Of a stretch of 64,000 bases of DNA, positions 52,452 through 64,000 are shown piece by piece; positions within the stretch are counted from its first letter, which is position 1, and every line of letters begins with the position of its first letter. The notes under the pieces are model-generated. The model was not told the DNA's origin. It saw nothing but the letters and a program-made list of their open reading frames with translations, and made no database searches. The stretch is from assembly GCF_001194135.2 (NCBI RefSeq), contig NC_068995.1:3446924-3510923 (forward strand), given 5' to 3'. The position numbers and the translations under genes were made by a program. This DNA comes from Octopus bimaculoides (Eukaryota).

Positions 52452-52780
52452 GAGGGCACATAGTCTAGTGGTTAAGATGTTGCATTAACAATCAGGAGAA
52501 TGAGGTTTCGATTCCCAGACTGGCTGTGTATTGTGTTCTTGAGCAAAGCACTTCATTTCATGTGACTCCAGCCCACACAGCTGTAACTAAGTTACTCCAT
52601 GATGGATTGACATTCAAGGGTGAGATAGCGACCCAGGAAAATCATCCGAATGGAGGTCTTGTGAATTGTGTGTCTTATTCAGCAGTTGTAAGAATGAATA
52701 ATGCAACCCATATTCTGACTGTGAATTCCGACTGGTTGGGATTGGTTGTTCAACCGCATTGAAGGATGAATGAATGAAAC
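52452..52780 (+). mobile_element. tRNA-derived SINE, family E
   Basis: A-box-like TAGTCTAGTGG and B-box-like GGTTTCGATTCC followed by a non-tRNA body; another head at 61461-61590. Confidence 0.65.
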
Positions 52781-52909
52781 CAAGATATTCTTTTATGAGG
52801 CCAACTTTGCCTTTCATCCTGTCGGGGTCAATGAAAGTACTGGGGTTGATGTATTCAAATAGCCCCTCCCCTCAAAATTTCTGGCCTAATCATCATCATT
52901 ATTTTGGGG

Positions 52910-53310
52910 TGAGAGAGCAGTGCATGACATCAAAGTGATGCTGGGGTACAGATAAACAAGTCCTAATATAGCCATCATGACTACCCGTCTGATAAAGGTA
53001 CACCTGGCATGGGCATCACAACCACATGTGCATGACATGGTAACCTCATACCAAGATAAACAGCGCATGATCTTGCAAGTTGGGGCCCAGTTAGAATTTT
53101 CTTCAGGTCTAGTAGCCATCCTGCTCAAAAGGTCTCTGAATAAGGGTTGTTTGAGGATGATGAATGAAACACCCATGTTTCCAGGGGTGAATTATTCAAA
53201 CCCTAAAGAACCCCTCTCAACGCATGGCTATTATGCTCCTTCTCAGGATCAGAAATGCACAGGTCTTTGGCCACCAAGGGACATACTCAACTGGTTATGG
53301 TCAAGCAACT
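52910..53310. mobile_element. Family D repeat, second copy
   Basis: Colinear with 27100-27505. Confidence 0.75.
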
Positions 53311-53367
53311 GACAAACGAATCTCTCTGGTATTGAGCAGAATATTTGCTGTAGTCCATCGTTTAAAC

Positions 53368-53701
53368 CAGTGCCTTTCAACCATTTTTTGTCTATGGACC
53401 CCTTTCGATCCCTATTCTATTCTGCTGGACACTCATAGCCATTCGCTGTATATAAAAGAAAACCGTACTGTATTTTCATCATCATCATCATCGTTTAACA
53501 TCCGCTTTCCATGCTAGCATGGGTTGGACGATTTGACTGAGGACTGGTGAACCAGATGGCTGCACCAGGCTCTAGTCTGGTCTGGCAGAGTTTCTACACC
53601 TAATATTTCATGTACTGTAGAAGCATAACTAATTTTAACAAGAAAACCTTATATGGACACCCCCCACCAAGGGACACAGGGACCCTGGTTGAGAATCGAT
53701 G
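53368..53701 (+). mobile_element. hAT (Charlie-like) MITE with a nested family C fragment (~53478-53600)
   Basis: Ends CAGTGCCTTTCAACC ... GGTTGAGAATCGATG; flanking 8-mers GTTTAAAC / CTTTAGAC (degenerate TSD). Confidence 0.65.
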
Positions 53702-53917
53702 CTTTAGACCAAAACAAAACATGTACATGATAACACTTCCAATCAGTTAAGAGCAGAAGCTGTGAGACCCATTGCCTGGTGCTTACTACATCAGGGCATT
53801 TATCATCATCATCATCATCGTCATCATCGTCATCATCATCATCATCATCATCATTATTGTGTGAGAGAGCAATGCATGCTATCAAAGTGACAATGGGATA
53901 CAAATATACAAAACCCA

Positions 53918-53958
<41 letters not shown>

Positions 53959-54448
53959 GTTGTTGTTTACTAACAAGACCGTTTTGTCTCATTTTTACAT
54001 TATAATTTACTACAAAATTTGATGTATCACTGTCACCAATTATACAACCAACAATTACTAAAGTAATTAACAATGAAACGAGCTAAATATCAAAGCAGAC
54101 TGTCATCTAAGTCAGTGTGACTCATTGATGCCGCTATACACTCACTCTACACACCCAGCCCCAACTCCACCGCTCTCTCTCTCTCTCTCTCAACACAACA
54201 CAACAAACAGTCCTGTCCGTCTCCTCCTCCTCCTCCCCTCTTAGTAATCTATTTAATAGTGGATCTATCTCTCTGTTCTCCACGAAATTACATTGTTTAT
54301 TTATTAGCATTTGTCGAGAGGCCGGCTAACTGTATGTCGCAGAATGGACGGCTTGTTTAAGCCCGGCTGATACTTATTCATTAGCTCGATGCCAAATTAC
54401 AGCCTTCAATTGTTTTATTACCAGTTAACACACCTTCAAATAATAACA

Positions 54449-54486
<38 letters not shown>

Positions 54487-56163
54487 CCTTGCTATTGTTT
54501 AACTTTTGGTGTCGTTCAGAAGAGATGTCGCTTTGAACGTGATTCTTTTGCTTGTGAGTTTTTGTCGTTGGTCTAAAGTGGTGGCCTTGTCGTGTGGTCA
54601 AGAAGTTGGCTTTGCAACCATGTGGGTTTGAGTTCAGTCCCCACTCTGTTGTACCTTAGGCAGTTGTCTTCCATTATAGTCCTGGGCTAATCAATGCTCT
54701 GTGAGTGAATCCGAGAGATGGAAAAACTGTGTGGAAGCCTGCACTAGGTGCAGGTGTGGAAGTGTGGTTCAGAACTTTGTTTCCCCGACTACGTAGTTTC
54801 GGGTTCAATCTCACCCTGTGGCACCTGGGGCAGGTTTCTTCTTCTATCACCCCAGGTTGTGCCAGACTTCTGTGTCTCTTTTGGCAGGGTTTTTACAGCT
54901 GGATGCCCTTCCTAATGCCAACCACCCAGCAGGGTGTACCAAATATATACCATAACAGAAATAGAGTATTGAAGTATTAATAGATTATTAAAAATGTTAT
55001 AGTAGAATAGTAGTACCACTAGAGATATGATTAAAGATATAGAAGAGTAGGTACTATGAAAGATATCATTAATAAGATATATAGTACAGTAGGTTCTATA
55101 AACGCTATCAAAAAAGACATGGTATAGTAAGTACGATGAGAGGTTATCGTTAAAAGGATAGTATAGTCTCGATAGTTTTGAAAGATATTAAAAAAATGAT
55201 ATTTTTTAGATAAGAAAATCTATTCTGTTTGTTTTGTTGTTTTAAGAATATTTTTGCATTACTTTATTATCAATATAAATGGAATATGTTTATTAATAAT
55301 ATAGATTAAATGTGTTTTGTATCTTGATAATTTTTACAAATGTTTCATGAAGTGTGTGTGTTTTTTTTCATTTATTTATTAAAGAAATATTTGTCTTTGC
55401 ATAATATTGGTTTGGTTCAGTTGTAAGACATTGATTTATATTTTTTTCACTTTTATTAATTCTCACCTTACCAAATGTTGTCTCACTAAAGTTGGAAGTT
55501 ATTCTATGTAAAAGAATCTTAAATATGTTAAAATCAAGAATAAATATTTTTTCTACTCCATTATCTGAAAGTTGTTTGCATATAAAACATGGTATTTTGG
55601 ATTATTTTCTAGGAACTGAATCTTGAATTAAGATCTTTTAGTCAACTCATTAACATAATTATGTTAATGTCATCATCATAATTAAACGGTTATCCTTTTT
55701 TAGTCATTAGACTGCAGCTGTTCTGAGGAACTGTTTTGAAAAATTTTTAGTGGAACAGGTCAACCCCAGTACATTTAAAAAAAATTATAAGCCTGGTATT
55801 TATTCCGTTAGTCTCTTTTGCTGAACCACCAAGTCACGGGGCTGTAAACACATCAGTACCAGTTGTCAAATAATGGTGGGGGACAAACACACACACACAA
55901 AGAGAGAGAGGTTTTTTTTAGTTTCCATTTACCCAATCCATTCACAAAGCTTTGGTCGGCCCGAGACTATAAAAGAAGACACTTGCCCAAAGTGTCACAC
56001 AGTGGGACTGAACCTAGAACCATGCGGTTGGGGAGCAAGCTTCTTACTACAGATCCACACACACACACACACACCACACACACATACACACACACACACA
56101 TGTATATTTGGACTCATTTGACATCTCATTAATTTTCTTTTGGAAGAAACTCTTCCCCAGTTG

Positions 56164-56208
<45 letters not shown>

Positions 56209-57552
56209 ATTGCAGACATATTCTCTTTATTTAAAGTTCAAAGAGTATTTCATCACACCTGCACTTGTTGCCGATCAATAAAAGACGGAATCAGGCTTCA
56301 ATCAACAAAAATCTATCATAGGAATAAGACTGAAAGTTATCTATAGACAACAACTACATCAAAAGTAAACTAAAACAACCCTGGTGACCTAACCTCCCTT
56401 ATCCACCCCCATCTTCAAATTAATTCCTATTTCGGTTTCACTTGTTTTTATTTATTTCTCATTTTTTTATTTTAATATTTCTGTCTGTTTTTTGAAAACT
56501 AGAAGAGAACAGAATGGTAATTATCGATCTCAGTTTGTTTATCTCATCTTTTGGGGTTCAATATCATTACATCTCTCAGAATATTCTTCAACTACCATTC
56601 TTTCTAGAATGTTCCTTCACTTTTCTGACTGGTTTCAGCTATTGGATTGCTGTCGAACTGGAACATCACCCTCTGGGGTTTTCAAGGATCATTTGGGCCC
56701 CAGTATGCGAATGTGTGTGCATGTGTAGAAATAATATACAGGTGTGTGTGTGTGTGTGTGTATGTGTAGAAATATATAGATATGTGTGTGTAGGGTCTAC
56801 AGGTGTGTGTGTGTGTGTGCAGAAATATATAGATGTCTGTGTGTGTAGGGTCTACTGGTGTGTGTGTGTGTCTCCCACCAGTACTTGACAGTTGGTGTTG
56901 ATTTGTTTACTTCTCTGTAACCTAGCAGTTTGACAAAAGGTGACCTCAGAATTAGTACTAGGTTTAGAAAAAACAGAAAGGAAACAAGTGCTGGGGCTGA
57001 TTTGTTTGAGTAAACCTTCCAAGGCAATGCTCCAGCATGGCCACAGTTCAATTACTGAAAAAAAAAGTGCAAAATAAAAGATGTTAAAAGTTTCTGTTTG
57101 TGCATTTGGTGTCAGTATGTTTGCTGTGATTCTTTGAAAGCATGTCTGGACAAGGTGTAAGGATATTGGACCCCCAAAGCTGAGATCAATAATTATCATT
57201 ATGCTCTCCTCTAGTCTTCAAAAAACAAGGGGGAATCAGGTGCAGTCGCAGGAATTTTACAAAGAGAGGGCACAAGGTCAGAAGGGAATACAATTCCAGG
57301 AGGAAAGGGTATTAATAGCATTATTTAGAAGGGCATATTTCTTTTCTTGAGGAGGGCATGTGCCCCTCAGCATCTCCCCTTTCTCCCTGGGTCTGCCACT
57401 GGTAATATTACTTTGCTTGGAAACAGGTGAGGCCTGGTGACAGGAAAGGTATCCAGCCATAGAAAATTCTGCTTCAATGACATCTTGTATGATGTATGTA
57501 AGCAAAGTGATGACGATGTTTCTGTTAAGTTTTACGTTTTGTTAAATTTTAG

Positions 57553-57727
57553 GTTCACATAAAAGATTTGCTGGCTCAAACATGTCACATTGATGCCGAT
57601 GAGAATGCCGAAATTATTGTCTATGACCAATGCACTGAGGAACCAGCCTATTTGACGGGGGACAATTTCTTGGTTGTATTACTGCAAAAACTTTCTTCTG
57701 CCTACAAAAGTGTCACACTTCTAAAAG
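57553..57727 (+). CDS. DUSP8/16: DUSP8/16-like, coding exon 3 (rhodanese/CH2-B); gene continues beyond the window
   Basis: aattttag| VHIKDLLAQTCHIDADENAEIIVYDQCTEEPAYLTGDNFLVVLLQKLSSAYKSVTLLK G|gtaagt; 175 nt, ends phase 1. Matches recalled DUSP16 VVVYDQSSQDVASLSSDCFLTVLLGKLEKSFNSVHLLAG. Confidence 0.93.
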
Positions 57728-58753
57728 GTAAGTGCAATCCTAAATTTGTCTCTTTCTCTCTCTCTCTCTTTTTTAATATTTCCTACTTACAGGCTTATTA
57801 ATAATAATAATAATAATAATTATATTGTAATCCATTTATAAAAATGCTTTAAATAAATCTTTTATCCTTTAAATGGTATCTCGAAAATAATTTGCCTAAT
57901 TAGATTACATATTACCTAATGATTTTTATTATTATTTATGAATAATAATAATAATGATAATAATAATAATGATAATGAGGATGATGTTAATGATAAAAAT
58001 AATAATGCTTTCGCTATTAACCACAGGGGTTAACGAAAAGATTGGGGACTGTACAGAATAATACAGAGTGAGATTATGTAAAATGATGTGAGTAAAAATA
58101 AAGGGAGATGACAAAACTAAAACAAAAAAGTTTGGAGCAGGAAGACCTTCAAGGGATAATAATAATAATAATGATAATAATTCTTTCTACTGGAGGCAAA
58201 AGGTGTGAAATTTTAGGGAAAGGGGCTAGTTGATTACATTGGCCCCAGTGCTCATCTGGTACTTATTCCATTGGCTTCAAAAGGATGAAACTTCAGCAGC
58301 ATTTCAACTTGGAATGTGAAGACAAATGAAATGCTGCTAATAATAATAATAATAATAATGATAATAATAATAATGATAATGATAATGATGATGATGATAA
58401 TGATGATGATGATAATGATAATAGAGCTGGCCAAGTACTATGCATAGCTATAATATTGAGATTGAAAGGCAGGGGCAAATTATGCCTCCCTAATCTACAA
58501 AAGTAAAATATTTTGCATTTTATGCATAGTAATTAGATTAACCTTCATAATTTTATTGAATTAGGTCCATATTTTGCCATAAAAAGAAAATGTTGCTATC
58601 GATCTATTTTATTCAAAGTAGGCACTGCCTACCTTGCCTACCCAGGTGGCATGTCCCTGGCAGATAGTTAAGAAATTCACTTGACAACAATCGGGTTTAA
58701 GGTTCGGTGTGAGTGTGTGCCATCTGAGAGCCCAGTGTCTTTTAGCGAAGCCA

Positions 58754-58871
58754 TGAGTCAGCCCGAGGCTGAGTCAGCATGGCTTGGTGGGAACTGTGTA
58801 GGATGGGTTGTACCTGTAATTCAGTAGGTAATGCCTTGTCACACACCACAACACTGAGTCAAGATGAGTCA
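58754..58871. promoter_or_regulatory. Cluster of four AP-1 (TGAGTCA) sites, three with ARE/MARE-like GC extension
   Basis: TGAGTCA at 58754, 58770, 58855, 58865; contexts TGAGTCAGC, TGAGTCAGCA, TGAGTCATGC. Confidence 0.55.
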
Positions 58872-60809
58872 TGCTAATTCTTCCTGAGAACTTCTCAGCC
58901 ACATTGTTCTGGGTTCACCCTCATTGAATGGCACCTGAGGCAAGTCTCCTACTCTTGCCCCAGGCTGACCAAGCCCTTGGGAGTGGATCTTGTAGACAGA
59001 AAGAAGCCTGTCATATATATATGTATATATATATGTGTATATTATACACACAAATCACACACACACATGTATGTATATATATCTGTGTGTCTTTGTGTTT
59101 GTCCCCACCACTACATGACAAGTGATGGTTTGTTTATGTTCCCTTAACTTAGCAGTTTGGCAAGGAGAGACCGATACAATAAGTACCAGACATATCTTAA
59201 CCAACCTACAATTCATTTATTGTATAGAGTTGTTTTTTTAGCCCTAGGTTAGTCCTGATGGCTGCAGATTAATGATTAACAGTTTTCCATCCATGGCCAT
59301 CCTGTATTTGATTAAGAAATACTGTATCTACAACTACATTACCTGTTCTGTCCTACCTTGCTTCCTTTTTTTATTATTATTATTATTTCCTAAGGCTATA
59401 GGGTATATGATTTAATAGCTATTTGGCTGTAATTATTAGTAGATCTGGTGACCAGGTGAAGGAGACACTCTGTTTAGCTCTCGGTCAGTTAAAGTGATTA
59501 AGAACACATGATTTGAAAATGTTAAATCATAATTGCTCGTTTTTCAACATCTAAATGTTTTGTTCTGAACTGCTGGAAAGTTTGTTGCAGAGATGTCTTT
59601 AAAGGTTAAGAATTTTTTACTATTGAGAAAAAAAAAAGGAAAAACTCAAGGAAAGAAAAGATATTTCTCAAATGGATTTTGGATTATTTTTTTTTATTTG
59701 TGAAGCATAAGTTAACTAGAAATCTTAATTTTTATTTCTCTTTCTATTTTGACATTCTTCCCTAATTTAGCTTGATTGATTTTAATTAATTTTCTTAATA
59801 ATTTTTACTTTGAAAATGAAAATTAGTTTCTTTGCATTGTTAACCCCAGTATATAACCGGTAATTTAACAAGATTACTGACCTGAGCATAAAATAAAGGC
59901 TACGATGACTCAGACAGCATATGACCTTGACATTTATTAATGCCGCCATCTTACAGAAATTCTTCTCAAATCCTCATTAAATGGTTCCTGCCAAAGTAGT
60001 TTTTGTCTGTTTTTAGCGGAGAAGGACAAACATTGAGGATTCAATCAACTTTAAATATCGCTCGGAAAGTGATATTGATTTTTTCCTCCTACTTTGATTT
60101 TCTTCCAATCAGTTCACCATTATTTATTGGTTCTTTCATGTATTCCTCGTCTTTTATGCCTTCTCGTGCTATACTTTGTTTCTGATGCTATTTATTTACA
60201 TAATTTTTCAAGATTTCTTTTTTCCCTTATTATTTCAAGTAATGCACGTGGAAAAAATAATTTGTCTTCTTTCTTTACTGAGCAGAACGAAATCATGTAA
60301 ATCTTTTAGTTTTTCTTCCTTCCTTTCTTCCCAAGGCTACTGTACAGTTACTAACCTCATAGAACAAGTCTTAATTATTCTCATTCTAATCACCATAAAT
60401 TGTTGTACATCACTTAACGACGGCAGACTTATTCTGTTGTCTGGTTCGGCACCATCACCTGCTGCTAAACCAGGTACCTTTAGCATTTTGTTGCAAATAG
60501 GCCTGAGCAGAGGGCAGTCTGGTTGATTTGGGTCTACCACTCCATTCCAACAGGGTCATCTGCCCAAGTTAGTGGCACAGGGACGACCCTTTAGTAAAGA
60601 ATTCTCAGTTTTATAAACCATTCCTATTCTTATATTCTGTTCTGTTACTTAGAAAACTTTATATACATCACATGTATGTATGTATGCATTCCAGTAACCT
60701 GTACACGAATCATGTGTATTTAAATTTAACACTGATTATTAAAATATAGAATGAATATTTAGAAATGGGGCCTAAATTTTTATATATATATATATATGTA
60801 TATATATCA

Positions 60810-61049
60810 TCATCATCATCATCATCATCGTTTAACGTCCGCTTTCCATGCTAGCATGGGTTGGACGATTTGACTGAGGACTGGTGAAACCGGATGGCAA
60901 CACCAGGCTCCAGTCTGATTTGGCAGAGTTTCTACAGCTGGATGCCCTTCCTAACGCCAACCACTCAGAGAGTGTAGTGGGTGCTTTTACGTGTCACCCG
61001 CACGAAAACGGCCACGCTCGAAATGGTGTCTTTTATGTGCCACCCGCAC
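60810..61049 (-). mobile_element. Young family C copy ending at an N gap
   Basis: (CAT)n-GTTTAACGTCCGCTTTCCATGCTAGCATGGGTTGGACGATTTGACTGAGG, nearly identical to 53490-53580; CpGs intact. Confidence 0.75.
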
Positions 61050-61408
61050 NNNNNNNNNNNNNNNNNNNNNNNNNNNNNNNNNNNNNNNNNNNNNNNNNNN
61101 NNNNNNNNNNNNNNNNNNNNNNNNNNNNNNNNNNNNNNNNNNNNNNNNNNNNNNNNNNNNNNNNNNNNNNNNNNNNNNNNNNNNNNNNNNNNNNNNNNNN
61201 NNNNNNNNNNNNNNNNNNNNNNNNNNNNNNNNNNNNNNNNNNNNNNNNNNNNNNNNNNNNNNNNNNNNNNNNNNNNNNNNNNNNNNNNNNNNNNTTTTAC
61301 CTGATCTTTTAAGCTGTTTTCACAGCCATTTTCCTGCGTTGGAGATCTGTAATTTCTAAAATAAAACTACCAACTTACCCGACACTTTGATGTTTGCTTA
61401 TAAAAGTA

Positions 61409-61442
<34 letters not shown>

Positions 61443-62004
61443 GTACATATTGATAGATGAAGGTGCATGACCTAGCAGTTAGGGTGTTGAGCTCATGATC
61501 ATAAAGTCATAGGTTCGATTCCTGTTTTGGGCAGTGTACTGTATCTTTGGGCAGGGCACATCATTTCATGTTACAACTCAGACCATTCATAAGTCAAACA
61601 CTGATGACTGTTTTTCATGCATTGGTTGTATTGGGTAATTGAGTAATGACTAATGATTGACTGTATTGGGTAGTTGAGTAGCAACTACTGATTGGTTGTA
61701 CTTGATTGTTGAGTAAAGACTAGTAATCATTCATATTTGGGAGTTTAGGTAGTGACTAGTGATCATTGTAGCTTCTTCTGATTGACCATCTGAAGGTTGA
61801 CCAGTGGCATTGTGTCCGTGTACCGAGAGGCTGAGTACAATGTACTTTGACTGCACCTTTTCTGCCTATGTGTATCTCGGCATATTTACTGTGCTGAAAA
61901 TGTGTCTTCAGTTCGGTCTTTTTTTTTTTTTCATGATGTTGGTCTGTTCAAAAAGAGCTAATTAGTGCTATTAAACAACATCAATCAACATTAGCAACAC
62001 TAGC

Positions 62005-62036
<32 letters not shown>

Positions 62037-63261
62037 TTAATCCCGATTCAAGGTCTTTTATCAATAAAGATTTCGGTAACCATTTCTTTTTATGGGATTA
62101 TTTCCTTCCAACAGGAAGCAATCGTCTGGAGAAACCAAAAGAAAACATGAATCCGTTTCTTTTCATTTTGTGTTCGTTGTTTTGTTAACGATATTTTGTT
62201 CTTTTAATTAAAGCTAAATAAATACTGCTATAAGTTTATAAAATTACTTGAAATAATGAATTCTTTGTATGCTAAAAAAAAAAAAAACGATGCAAAAAAA
62301 TAAAATAAAATAAAATTGAGCAAGGATTATATCCGTGGATGGCTTTATTAATCTCTCTAGATTAGCGAAGTCTTTACGTCAGCAAAACTGATTATTATTT
62401 GCTTGAAAAAACTTGCTTCTGGCATTAAATAGAAATTGAGAAACGATGGCGCCTTTATTGTAGTTGAGGAACTGGTTAAGCTAACAGATAGGTGAAGTAA
62501 GGGCCAAAAATGGAAGGGCTCTTGATTTTAAGGTCTGTAGCACACTTTAAATCCTTCCTCGTCGTCGTCATTGTTATGATATATCCTTGGGCAAGGCATT
62601 GGTATAGAGAGAGCCTCTGGTTTGGTTAAGCTGATGTCAAAGGTTCAACTCCATGACTCATTCAAGAAAAAGACGATAAAGAAAACAACAAAAAGTGAAT
62701 AAACAAAACCAAAATTACTGTTGCTAATTATAACTGGAGACATATTGTTTGGGGTTTGTATCAGATATTGTCTTCTGTGAGAACATTATCTCTCTTGTTT
62801 GTGCCACCACCACCACCACCACCACCAGCATAATCATCATCATAACTATATAGACCACCAATGCCCAGTTTATTTATGAATTATAATTACTTCAATTATC
62901 AGGTTGTTAATGAAAACTTATAAATCAATGTATTTCTCTGTCTTTTTTTTTTTTATTCCATTCCTCTTGTAATCTTTCCTTCTTCCTTTTTCTCTACTTA
63001 CCGATGACTCAACCACTTTTCCTGATCATTGAAAGAGATATATCTAATGCTCGCTGTTCAAATGAAATCTTTTATCTGCTCTGTGTATCATATTTACAGT
63101 TTTCCTACTTACAACTACCACACGTAGTGTCTTAAACAATTTCCTCTGAATATCTAGTTTCTGGTGGTGTCTTGTAAGTGTCCTAACTCACTGGACATGT
63201 ACTTTGGACTTCTAATTACTGGCGTCTTTAAATGACCTAACTGACTGGACATCTAGCCACA

Positions 63262-63653
63262 GGTGTGGCTGTGTGGTAAAAAGTTTGCCTCCCAACCACA
63301 TGGTTCCTGGTTCAGTCCCACTATGTGGCACCTTGGGCACATGTCTTCTACTATAGCCTTAGGCTGACCAAATCTTTGAGTGGATTTGGTGGATGGAAAC
63401 TGTAAGAAGCCCATCATTTATGAGTGTGTGTGTGTGTGTGTATGCATGCGTGTGTTTGTCCTCCACCACTTCTTGATAGCTGGTGTTGATATTTATGTCC
63501 TTGTGACTTAGCAGTTCGACAAAAAAGTGATTGATAGAATAAGTACCGGGCTTAACAAAAAATACCAGAGTCAATTCATTCGACTAAAAATTTTTCAAGG
63601 CAGTGCTCCAGCATGGTCGTAGTCTAATGACTGAAACAAGTAAAAAATAAAAG
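63262..63653 (+). mobile_element. Full-length family B SINE inserted in a degenerate ~45-bp minisatellite
   Basis: Complete head to tail. Both flanks carry TCTAGTTT..GGTGTCTT..AA(G/A)TGTCCTAAC units. Confidence 0.8.
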
Positions 63654-63745
63654 ATGTCTAGTTTTAGGTGTCTTTCAAATGTCCTAACGAACTCGATGCC
63701 TAGTTTCTTGTGTCTTTAAGAATTTAGTTGAAATTATTGCCTGTA

Positions 63746-63949
63746 GAGTAATCCCTCGACTATCGCAGGTGTTACATTCCAAAACCTCCTGCAGAAATAA
63801 TTAAAATCTAAAAAATATAAATACCTCTCGGCCACAGAAACCTGCATTATACTGAGAAGTCGCGATATAAATTGACATATATTAGCCAGAAGAATCTGCA
63901 ATGTACTGAATGCACGATAGGTGAACCGTGACCTGGTGAGGGAATACCG
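63746..63949 (+). mobile_element. Tigger/pogo-like MITE
   Basis: TA|GAGTAATCCCTCG ... TGAGGGAATACCG|TA imperfect TIRs with TA flanks. Confidence 0.55.
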
Positions 63950-64000
63950 TATAGTTGGGTTTTTTTTGTATTACAATTTATAAATTTATAAAGATTTATC

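Noticed and set aside
52452-52530. tRNA-like sequences with A and B boxes (also 61461 and the family A/B heads)
   Set aside because: No closed acceptor stem; they continue into SINE bodies, so they are not tRNA genes.
60176-60526. 116-aa ORF or the acceptor at ~60336 as the next DUSP exon
   Set aside because: The expected continuation (G-G-F...FP.LCE) is absent; no such exon found before 64000.
19018-64000. Apparent gene-wide enrichment of AP-1 sites (18 counted by eye)
   Set aside because: The region 1-17 kb has a similar density (6 counted), so background is high. Only the tight 58754-58871 cluster was kept.

Overview
AT-rich, gap-containing animal genomic DNA. The SINE repertoire and the dense (AT)n/(GT)n/(AAT)n/(GAT)n microsatellites suggest a coleoid cephalopod, probably Octopus (inference). 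Two protein-coding genes are supported. (1) On the minus strand, one internal exon (4245-4400) of an SWSAP1-like RAD51-paralog/Shu-complex ATPase; its other exons were not found. (2) On the plus strand, the first three coding exons (51559-51705, 52181-52291, 57553-57727) of a DUSP8/DUSP16-type JNK/p38 MAP-kinase phosphatase, encoding the rhodanese/kinase-binding domain; the catalytic domain lies beyond the window. A CpG-rich, motif-dense promoter-like island at about 17.2-19.0 kb probably drives the DUSP gene across a ~32 kb first intron and may be shared head-to-head with SWSAP1. The rest is tRNA-derived SINEs (about five families), TTAA/TA/8-bp-TSD MITEs, decayed LINE fragments, minisatellites and N gaps. 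I found no clearly novel multi-gene system. The best leads are regulatory: an AP-1/ARE cluster and paired CRE sites consistent with JNK feedback, a uORF whose stop overlaps the DUSP start (ATGA), a duplicated N-terminal motif, a Walker A substitution in SWSAP1, and several dsRNA hairpins. Repeat coordinates are read by eye and approximate.
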